Source: a virus
Taxonomy: Duplodnaviria > Caudoviricetes
Virus record (IMG/VR): IMGVR_UViG_3300020049_006510
Coordinates: 6,049 to 70,048 of that record
Length of the DNA stretch: 64,000 nucleotides
Direction: 5' to 3' (one strand)
How positions within the stretch are numbered: position 1 is the stretch's first letter; every line of letters starts with the position of its first letter. Of this stretch, positions 25,007 to 32,900 are shown one piece after another. The translations under genes were made by a program, and so were the position numbers. The notes beneath the pieces were generated by a model. The model made no database searches and was not told the origin of the DNA. It saw only the letters and a list, made by a program, of their open reading frames with translations.

Positions 25007-25365
25007 TGAGTAATAAAGTAAGTATAACAGACGAAAAAATTCTGATTGATGCACACTATACATTAAAGGAAGTGCATAGGAGTGTAGTGTATGCTACAGG
25101 ATCTTTTTACATAGATGCTGTTAAAGCAGTTAAGGAAAAATTATTTCTAGCTAGCAATTGGATAGAATACGCTCTAGAACTGAGGAATGTTAAAACAGAT
25201 TCTGAAACCAAATATGCTGATATGCATACATACGAAAGTTCTAGTGAGATTATTTTAAAGTTGAGAGCTGTTATTATTTCTTTAAGAACAGTAAGAAGAA
25301 CGCCTTCTGTGAGTAACGCTATAAAGTATATTATAGAAGCGATATTTATTTTAAAAGTTAAGTAG
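25006..25365 (+). CDS. hypothetical protein
   Basis: 119 aa, coupled. Confidence 0.55.
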   Translation: MSNKVSITDEKILIDAHYTLKEVHRSVVYATGSFYIDAVKAVKEKLFLASNWIEYALELRNVKTDSETKYADMHTYESSSEIILKLRAVIISLRTVRRTPSVSNAIKYIIEAIFILKVK

Positions 25366-26114
25366 TGAAATATTTATCTAATAAAAATACTAAGAGTAAA
25401 ACAGGAATTTATAAAATCACTAATACAGTGAATAATAAGTTCTATATAGGTAGCACATCTTGTAACTTCGCTAATAGATATTACCAACATATTTCAGATT
25501 ATAAAAAAGGTAAGAGAACTTGCACTGCTTTATACAGAGCTTTCGCTAAATATGGTTTAGAAAATTTTTCTTTCGAAATAATAGAAGTGTGTTCAAAAGA
25601 AGATTGTATATCGAGGGAGCAATACTATTTAGATAAAGGATCGGATTATAATTGTGCTAAATTAGCACATAGCGTATTAGGTTTGAAACATCATCCGTCG
25701 TCAAAAACAAAAACTTTGATAGGTGCTTTACATCATGATGCAAAAGAAGTTTTCCAGTTTGATTTGAAAGGTAATTTCATACAAAGATTTGGTTCTATAA
25801 TAGATGCTCTGAAACATTTAAACAGCGGAAAAAATAATTCCAATCATATTTCAAAGGTTTGTTCTGGTGAATCATTCAGCGCTTTAGGATACAGATGGTC
25901 GTTTAAGAAAAATGGTTTGAAAACCCGCCCAAAAAGAAAAATACAAACCGTCACTATTATAGAATTAGAAAATCAGTCATTAAAATTCAACACGCAAAAA
26001 GAAGCATGTAAATTCTTTAATGATATGGGTTACCCAACTAGGCAAGGTGCAATAGCAGGAGCCATCAGAAGAAATTATAAACTATATGGTTACACTATAA
26101 AACAAGAAAAATAA
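25365..26114 (+). CDS. GIY-YIG homing endonuclease with NUMOD1-type DNA-binding repeats
   Basis: TGIYKITNTVNNKFYIGS ... R ... E..YL; VFQFDLKGNFIQRFGSI NUMOD1-like segment. Confidence 0.85.
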   Translation: MKYLSNKNTKSKTGIYKITNTVNNKFYIGSTSCNFANRYYQHISDYKKGKRTCTALYRAFAKYGLENFSFEIIEVCSKEDCISREQYYLDKGSDYNCAKLAHSVLGLKHHPSSKTKTLIGALHHDAKEVFQFDLKGNFIQRFGSIIDALKHLNSGKNNSNHISKVCSGESFSALGYRWSFKKNGLKTRPKRKIQTVTIIELENQSLKFNTQKEACKFFNDMGYPTRQGAIAGAIRRNYKLYGYTIKQEK

Positions 26115-26845
26115 TGTCAAAATACTTTATAGATTGCGAGTTCATAGAAGGGTTTAAGAAACCTATAAGTTGGTTACCTACTATTGGTAATTTCAATAAA
26201 GAATATCATTCAATACAATTGGTCTCGATAGGGATAGTATGCGAGGATGGGCGAGAGTATTATGCGATCAGTGAAGAATATAATTATAAGGATGCTAGTG
26301 ATTGGGTGAAGAAAAATGTTATTGCTCCTATGTATAGAAATATTTTTCCAGGAGACGCAAGAAATAGTTCGTCTGTTAATAGTTTCCATAAGTATGTTGG
26401 AAAATCTAATAAACAAATTGCAGGAGAATTGGTTGAATTTATTTATCCTAGGCATGTAAATGGCGAGGGCTATACTGGGGTAGTGAGTTCGTTTATAAGT
26501 AATGATTCAGATACTGTTGTAAACAGAAAATATGTTGGGGACGTAGAATTTTATGCTTATTATGCGGATTATGATTGGATTGTATTCTGTAGTTTGTTTG
26601 GTACTATGATGGATCTTCCTGAAGGGTTTCCAATGTATTGTCGTGATTTGAAGCAAGAATTAGATAGAAAAGCAGAAGAACGAAAGAAAGAATGGTTTTT
26701 ACAAAAAGTTCAAATTTATACAGATTTTGACATGTTAAATCATATAAAAACATTACCTAATTACCCTAAACAAGAAAATGAACATGACGCTTTAGATGAT
26801 GCAAAATGGAATTCTAACCTCTACAAGTTCTTACAAAATTTATGA
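26114..26845 (+). CDS. DEDDh 3'-5' exoribonuclease (Rv2179c/RNase AS-like, DUF5051)
   Basis: FIDCEF, LVSIGIV, YYADYDW, PMYCRDL and HDALDDA motifs. Confidence 0.8.
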   Translation: MSKYFIDCEFIEGFKKPISWLPTIGNFNKEYHSIQLVSIGIVCEDGREYYAISEEYNYKDASDWVKKNVIAPMYRNIFPGDARNSSSVNSFHKYVGKSNKQIAGELVEFIYPRHVNGEGYTGVVSSFISNDSDTVVNRKYVGDVEFYAYYADYDWIVFCSLFGTMMDLPEGFPMYCRDLKQELDRKAEERKKEWFLQKVQIYTDFDMLNHIKTLPNYPKQENEHDALDDAKWNSNLYKFLQNL

Positions 26846-27210
26846 ACAGAGTAAAGACTTATATAGCTAATTCTGAAATCCAAGGTATAGGTTTATTCGC
26901 CGGAGAATTCATACCTAAAGGAACTGTTATATGGGAATTAGAACAACCTTTTGATAAGATATGGTATAAGAATGCTATACAAGATGTGAATGAAGTTGCA
27001 AAAGAGTATCTTAAAAAATATTCTTATTGCGATAAAAACAAATGTTGTTTTATGGGTGATGACGCAAAATACTCAAACCATGCAAACGACGCAAACACAA
27101 CTTCAACATTTTATACACAAATCGCAAATCGCGATATACAAGAAGGGGAAGAAATTACAACAAATTACAATGAAATAGATAGTGAATTTAGAAGCAATAA
27201 AAAATTTTAA
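26842..27210 (+). CDS. SET-domain protein (putative lysine methyltransferase)
   Basis: SEIQGIGLFA, KYSNHANDAN and RDIQEGEEITTNY SET signatures. Confidence 0.85.
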   Translation: MNRVKTYIANSEIQGIGLFAGEFIPKGTVIWELEQPFDKIWYKNAIQDVNEVAKEYLKKYSYCDKNKCCFMGDDAKYSNHANDANTTSTFYTQIANRDIQEGEEITTNYNEIDSEFRSNKKF

Positions 27211-27212
27211 AA

Positions 27213-27479
27213 ATGAATAATCCAAAGTTACTACATACCAAAGATAATAACAACAATATGACACCATTACAAAAAGCATTCAAAAAGTATTTTGATAATA
27301 AATACTACATTGCGCAACTAATAGCATTATTTATGCTAACTTATGGAATAATTACTATAGATGAATTCGATAGCATCCTAGGAATAATCGTTATATTCAC
27401 TATATGTGGATCAGTTTTATTAGTACCATTTATCTTTATGTTTTCTTGGTACAGACAATATAAGAAAGATGATAAGTAG
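27213..27479 (+). CDS. two-TM membrane protein (possible holin-like)
   Basis: Two hydrophobic helices and a charged C-terminus. Confidence 0.5.
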   Translation: MNNPKLLHTKDNNNNMTPLQKAFKKYFDNKYYIAQLIALFMLTYGIITIDEFDSILGIIVIFTICGSVLLVPFIFMFSWYRQYKKDDK

Positions 27480-27879
27480 TATTTTAATACTGTTATTATT
27501 TGTTCTGGCTGCAATATGTAATGCTGCTATGGATGTGGTAACTCATCACTACGAAGATAGTATATTTAACAAATCAGAAGATAGTAAGTATTATTACAAC
27601 CCTATGCATTCTTGGAAGAATAAATACGTAAACTGTGATGTAAACCAAGGACGAAAGAAGTGGTTCTTTAATAAGTTTACTATTCATTCTGCTTTTACTG
27701 ATTTCTGGCATTTACAAAAGTCTAGTATGATTGTATTGATATGTATTGCTCTAGCAGTAGCTTTATTTGGAAGTCCAATAATTACTACTTGGTGGTACTT
27801 TATTATTGTAGTAATAGTACTAGGAATAATTTGGAATTCAACGTTTAACTTATTTTACAATAAAATTTTTAGAAAATGA
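27469..27879 (+). CDS. membrane protein
   Basis: Three hydrophobic segments; SWKNKY and TDFWHL motifs. Confidence 0.65.
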   Translation: MISSILILLLFVLAAICNAAMDVVTHHYEDSIFNKSEDSKYYYNPMHSWKNKYVNCDVNQGRKKWFFNKFTIHSAFTDFWHLQKSSMIVLICIALAVALFGSPIITTWWYFIIVVIVLGIIWNSTFNLFYNKIFRK

Positions 27880-28052
27880 CAGACGTAAATGATATATGGC
27901 AAGAAGACGACCAAATAGAACCGTTTGATAGAAGTAATAAACCAAAAGAAAACGTTTCAAAGCCTAAAATTGAAGAAGAGAAAACAACACCAGCTCGTAG
28001 TAGAATATTACCAGAACAAAAAGAAAGTAAATGGGATAAATATAAACTCTAG
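27876..28052 (+). CDS. 58-aa charged hypothetical protein
   Basis: Hand-translated MTDVNDIWQEDD...; ATGA overlap, followed by a terminator. Confidence 0.5.
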   Translation: MTDVNDIWQEDDQIEPFDRSNKPKENVSKPKIEEEKTTPARSRILPEQKESKWDKYKL

Positions 28053-28071
28053 TATTTTACACTAGAGTTTT
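28047..28071 (+). terminator. intrinsic terminator
   Basis: CTCTAGT/ACTAGAG stem followed by TTTT. Confidence 0.55.
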
Positions 28072-28095
28072 ACTTTTTATGATTATCTTTGTAGT

Positions 28096-28674
28096 ATGAA
28101 AAAGTTAATATGTTATATGATGATGTTCTTTTCTTTGTGTGTAAACGCACAATTAAAAGTAAAAGTAGAACTAGTTATTGATCCTAGTTTAAAGAGTCAA
28201 GTTTATTTTTTGAAAAAAAGTATTGAAGCAGCTAATGAAGATTTAGCACCAGCTGGTATAATACTAATGGTAGAAGCAGTAGATTATAAAAAAGTATTTT
28301 ATGGTAATACAGATGTATCCTTAGATAGTTTACATATTGATAACCAAACTATTACAATAGGCAGTTATTCAAAACCATATAATGATGGAGACCAAATAGG
28401 GTTATCATATGTAGGCGCAATTAATTCTCAGTACAGCAAGTTAGTAGTTAATATAGATACCACAGAATCTTATGATGTAAATGGGTCATTAATAGCTCAT
28501 GAAGTATGTCATTTATATGGTCTAAAACATACTAAGGACAAGCATAATATAATGTACTTTAAAACTACAACAGAAAATCTTAAATTAAATAATAATCAAG
28601 TAAAATATTTGAAAAATGTCATTAAAAGGAATTACGGCTTTTCAACAAGCTCAAAGAGAATTATTAAATTCTAA
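28096..28674 (+). CDS. exported metzincin zinc metalloprotease (matrixin/reprolysin-like)
   Basis: Signal peptide ending NA|Q; AHEVCHLYGLKH and NIMY Met-turn. Confidence 0.8.
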   Translation: MKKLICYMMMFFSLCVNAQLKVKVELVIDPSLKSQVYFLKKSIEAANEDLAPAGIILMVEAVDYKKVFYGNTDVSLDSLHIDNQTITIGSYSKPYNDGDQIGLSYVGAINSQYSKLVVNIDTTESYDVNGSLIAHEVCHLYGLKHTKDKHNIMYFKTTTENLKLNNNQVKYLKNVIKRNYGFSTSSKRIIKF

Positions 28675-28939
28675 AATCAACGAGGCTAAATTAGTAGCTG
28701 ACGGAGATCTTTCTAAAGAAGAGAAGATAGCAGCACAAGCTCGTATCAAGAATGATATGATTCTAATCCAGGCAGCTTATCGCAAAGGGGCTAAATTAAC
28801 ACCAGATGAAGGTCGTTGGGCTATTCAAAAAGGTGAATTTATAGAGCCTACTACTGAAGCTATTGAAATTGAAGAGATAACTGAGGAAACTGAAGAATCT
28901 AAAGAAGAGAAAAAATCATTCTTTAAAAAGAAAAAATAG
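28616..28939 (+). CDS. hypothetical protein
   Basis: 107 aa with an acidic/basic tail. Confidence 0.65.
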   Translation: MSLKGITAFQQAQRELLNSKINEAKLVADGDLSKEEKIAAQARIKNDMILIQAAYRKGAKLTPDEGRWAIQKGEFIEPTTEAIEIEEITEETEESKEEKKSFFKKKK

Positions 28940-29089
28940 TGAGAGTTCATGTAAATAAAAAGACTGGCTGCATTCTTTACAAAAAACGTAAAGATGTAGT
29001 TAAGGATATTTATAAAGAATTCGCAAAGAAAATTAACCGGTCTACGAAGGATCACAAGCTGGCCCACGTACCATTTATGCCAATGTAAT

Positions 29090-29386
29090 ATGAGTAATGT
29101 AATGATATATTTTAATGAAGGAGATGTAGTTTCAATTAAACATCTTGATGACAGCCCTTTAATGGTTGTTAAACGTATTGAGAAGATGGTGAAACCAAAA
29201 GAGGAAGACAGTAAGTTTACTCTATTAGGCATCAAGTGCTATTGGTTTGATAAAAATCATTCTTACCAAGAAGCATCTTTTAATACAAAAGATTTAAAAC
29301 TGATTAAGGAAAGCAAATTACCAAAACAATTACTTTCTGAGGAGCCAGTTAAAATCACCAAGATTAGGAAAATTGAAAATATGTAA
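29090..29386 (+). CDS. DUF2158/YodC-like protein
   Basis: FNEGDVV...PLMVV...KCYWFD...F...DL pattern. Confidence 0.7.
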   Translation: MSNVMIYFNEGDVVSIKHLDDSPLMVVKRIEKMVKPKEEDSKFTLLGIKCYWFDKNHSYQEASFNTKDLKLIKESKLPKQLLSEEPVKITKIRKIENM

Positions 29387-29388
29387 AT

Positions 29389-29997
29389 ATGTTAAAATTC
29401 ATTACAAAAGGTGACTCTGTTATTGTTGACAAGAATGTTCTTCTTATTGAGGAATTCACCAATATTTTAGATCATTATAAAAAATCTAAAAATCCAGATA
29501 AAGGTTTAAAAACTTTATTCTATATTTATCTATGTTGTGACATGTCTGATGAGAACTTTATGAAAGATCTCGACTTTCGTCAGAAACCACAACAAGCAGC
29601 GTTACGTTGTTTTGGTGATAAAGCTTATAAATTCACGAGTAAGGAAAAAGAATTAATTGATGCAGCTTTTGATGCTTATAATTTTTTTAATGAAACTGCT
29701 GGAGAAAGAGCTGAATTAGCTATTGACAAAAAGATAGACGAAGCCCGTTCAACTTTGGAAGAGACAGAATTAGTAGTAGTAAGAAACGAGAACGCTGCGA
29801 CTGGTACGACTACATTTGCATCTAATAACAAAATACTTTCTGAAATTGCTAAAGATATTGATAATCTCATGTCTTTGAAATTAAAAATCCGTGAAACTAC
29901 TTCTAAAATAAAATCCACTGGTAGAGTTAGAGGGGACAAAGGCTCATCTCTCATTGAGCGTGGTACCTTCAGAAATATTGTAGAAGGGGGAGAATAA
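29389..29997 (+). CDS. protein directly upstream of TerL (possible terminase small subunit)
   Basis: Helical 202-aa protein translationally coupled to TerL; function inferred from position only. Confidence 0.45.
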   Translation: MLKFITKGDSVIVDKNVLLIEEFTNILDHYKKSKNPDKGLKTLFYIYLCCDMSDENFMKDLDFRQKPQQAALRCFGDKAYKFTSKEKELIDAAFDAYNFFNETAGERAELAIDKKIDEARSTLEETELVVVRNENAATGTTTFASNNKILSEIAKDIDNLMSLKLKIRETTSKIKSTGRVRGDKGSSLIERGTFRNIVEGGE

Positions 29998-32270
29998 TGG
30001 CAGCAGAAACCAACGCTAAGTACAAGCCTAGAGAATTACCGATCAAGAATAAATACGATCGCTTTAACTTGCCTTTTTTGAGAAAAGAAAGAGATGGTAA
30101 AGTATTCAATGGCAAATTTGATGTTACTAATACTCAAGAGAAATTAAAAGGTGTTTTCAATAAGACTGATAAAATACAATTAGTAGATTATTTAGTTTAT
30201 AGACCTCTTCCAAAAGAATTACTTCAGTGGCAGACTCCACCGCATGTCCATCCTGACAGTGTGGATATAGAAAACTTTTATTCAGAAATTATTTATCATT
30301 CAGTACATGGTGTGTGGGTTGACGGGGAATACTTCAATCCATTATTTGTTTATTGGCTGAACGTATTTGTGTTTCCAATTTACATGATGAATCCTGATGG
30401 AACACCTTCAGAAGATTTTGATATATCACATCCTTACTACTGTAACATAGATCGTTATATATTCGACCAAGCTTGGAAAGCTATGTTAAATAGAAAAGAT
30501 GCTTCTTTAATGGGTGGTCGTGGTATAGGTAAAAGTTATATATGGTCTTCAATTATAGATAGGAATTATAGATTGTTTCCTAAAACTTGGGCCGTAGTGT
30601 CTTCTTCAAATGAAGATATGACTAACGAAGCGTGGAAAAAAGTTGATGAGTGTTTAAACTCTATAGAACAATTACATTCTACAATAAAACACAAAAGAAT
30701 ATTAGGTGGTGATTCTGCTAACTTAATTGAATCAGGGGAAGATATCGAATTACCCGATCGTACTAAAACAAAACGTGGTTATTTATCGAAAATAGAAAAA
30801 ATTATTTACGGAAAAAGCCCAGGAAAGACTCGTGGTAAACGTCCTAATATACAATTAATAGAAGAGTTTGCTGCATTTCCACCATCACATCAAAAAGGAG
30901 ATTTAAAATCTTGTATGAGAGAATCTAGAGGTTCTTGGTATGTGGGTGGTTCAATTAAAAAATGTACAGTACTTTATTCAGGTACAGGTGGTTCTGTAGA
31001 AAACGATCAAGCAGAAGGTGTATTCCTAGACCCAATAGCTCATGAAATTCTGCCTACTTACGATTGGGAAAAACCTTGTGGTATATTTATTCCTACCCAT
31101 ATTAAACGTTCTGGTACTTGGGAAGCTACAGGTTGTCCTGATGTTGCTAGAGCAGAAGCTGAAGTAGATGCTGAAAGACAAGAAGCTAAATCGGACCCAG
31201 TTAAGTATATGGGTTTACTACAAGAGTACCCAAAAACTTTGAAAGAAGTTTTTATGCGTACTGGTAGCAATATATTCAATCAAAACAAAATATCAGAACA
31301 AAGAACAAGGATAGAATTCGATGACCCTAATATACTTAAACCTGAAAGAGGTTTCTTACGTTGGAGAAAGGATGATGTCACAGGAAGGAAACTTGGCGTA
31401 TTTTGGGAACAAAGTAACAGTGGTGATATAGAAGTTATAGAGCATCCATTTTGGATACGAGCTATAGATGAGGCAGATAGAAAAGTAATAGATGGTTTAT
31501 ATGTTGCAGGTTGTGACTCTATTGATCAAGGTAGAGGAGATTCTATGTATGCTTCAAGTAGTAATAAAGGTTCCGAATTAGGTATGCTGGTTAAGAAGCG
31601 TATATTAGATAATAACTACTTTAAAGAAACTTCTAATATATATGTTGCAAAATACGTTGGTAGATCTAATGATGTTAGAGATGACCATGATAATGCTTTA
31701 AAGTTAGCTATATATTACAATTCATTAGTAAACATAGAATTTACTAAAATAGGTATAATTGGTCATTTTAGAAATGAAGGTCATTATGACATGCTAATGA
31801 AAAGACCATCTATAGCAAGAGGTGACGCTGATCCTACTAAAGTTTCTAATCTTATAGGTACACAAGCTTCTACTCCCGTTATTGATCATATGGATAATAA
31901 GATTAAGGAGTATATCGATGACCATTATGACAAGATATATTTTAAAGATGTTTTAGAACAATGCCAAAACTACTTAAGAGAGAATAGAACAGAGTTTGAC
32001 TTAGTTATCGCGTTAGGTCTTGCTGAATTAGCTGATGAAGATAAAATGGGTGAATTAGCAAGGAAAGGTGCAAGAGAAACTGAAGAGTTAACTATGTTTG
32101 GTTATTATACTGATGAAAGAGGTTACAAACAATATGGTGTGATACCTAGTAATAAAGGTGGTGACACTTCTAAATCACTAATACAGAGAGAAGCTGAAGC
32201 TTTTCAAAAAGCTGGAGGTGTTCGTTGGATCGATTATTCAGACCCAAAAAATCCTAGATTACACTTTTAA
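29997..32270 (+). CDS. terL: terminase large subunit
   Basis: Walker A GGRGIGKS, Walker B LIEE, nuclease AGCDSID and FDLVIALG; crAss-like size and synteny. Confidence 0.93.
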   Translation: MAAETNAKYKPRELPIKNKYDRFNLPFLRKERDGKVFNGKFDVTNTQEKLKGVFNKTDKIQLVDYLVYRPLPKELLQWQTPPHVHPDSVDIENFYSEIIYHSVHGVWVDGEYFNPLFVYWLNVFVFPIYMMNPDGTPSEDFDISHPYYCNIDRYIFDQAWKAMLNRKDASLMGGRGIGKSYIWSSIIDRNYRLFPKTWAVVSSSNEDMTNEAWKKVDECLNSIEQLHSTIKHKRILGGDSANLIESGEDIELPDRTKTKRGYLSKIEKIIYGKSPGKTRGKRPNIQLIEEFAAFPPSHQKGDLKSCMRESRGSWYVGGSIKKCTVLYSGTGGSVENDQAEGVFLDPIAHEILPTYDWEKPCGIFIPTHIKRSGTWEATGCPDVARAEAEVDAERQEAKSDPVKYMGLLQEYPKTLKEVFMRTGSNIFNQNKISEQRTRIEFDDPNILKPERGFLRWRKDDVTGRKLGVFWEQSNSGDIEVIEHPFWIRAIDEADRKVIDGLYVAGCDSIDQGRGDSMYASSSNKGSELGMLVKKRILDNNYFKETSNIYVAKYVGRSNDVRDDHDNALKLAIYYNSLVNIEFTKIGIIGHFRNEGHYDMLMKRPSIARGDADPTKVSNLIGTQASTPVIDHMDNKIKEYIDDHYDKIYFKDVLEQCQNYLRENRTEFDLVIALGLAELADEDKMGELARKGARETEELTMFGYYTDERGYKQYGVIPSNKGGDTSKSLIQREAEAFQKAGGVRWIDYSDPKNPRLHF

Positions 32271-32325
32271 CTTTACATATCAGTAAACTTTTTTTATATT
32301 AGTTACAATAAGTAAAATATGTAAT

Positions 32326-32898
32326 ATGTCAATAAAATTAGAAGAAGTAGTTCCACAAAACGATAATGTTTTAGTTACTGTGAACAGTTTAGAGAAACAC
32401 ATGAACGGTGTTGTAATGGATGATAAGCCAGATCAATACACTAAAAGTTTTTATGAAACAACAGTAATTGCAATTGGTCCAGAAGGTTTATCAAAAGAAT
32501 CAGGTTGTCCTGAATTAGAAGTAGGTGACAAAGCAATTATAGATAAATTTGACGGAGTAAATTTACCAGTAAAAGAACATTATACAAAATTAGTAAGAGG
32601 CTACGCTATAGTAGCAGTTAGTAAAAAAGACGGGATTATGTTAGCAACAAACGATAGAATATTAGTAGAGATAGTAGAAGAAGAGTTTGATCAAGACGGA
32701 GTTAAATTTGATAAATCATTTGACCCTCGCGAGAGAGAGACACAAAAAGGAAAAGTAATTAATTGTGGACCAAATGCGGTACAATATCCAGAAGGAACTA
32801 TTGTATTTTTTGACCCATTTGTTGGTAATCTTATTGTAAATGAACCTACTAAGAAAATAAAGACAATAAATTCATTCGACGTATTATTTAAAATTTAA
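32326..32898 (+). CDS. groES: co-chaperonin with two tandem GroES domains
   Basis: VVPQNDNVLV...VIAIGP...LEVGDKAI and LATNDRILV...GKVINCGP...GTIVFF. Confidence 0.75.
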   Translation: MSIKLEEVVPQNDNVLVTVNSLEKHMNGVVMDDKPDQYTKSFYETTVIAIGPEGLSKESGCPELEVGDKAIIDKFDGVNLPVKEHYTKLVRGYAIVAVSKKDGIMLATNDRILVEIVEEEFDQDGVKFDKSFDPRERETQKGKVINCGPNAVQYPEGTIVFFDPFVGNLIVNEPTKKIKTINSFDVLFKI

Positions 32899-32900
32899 GA

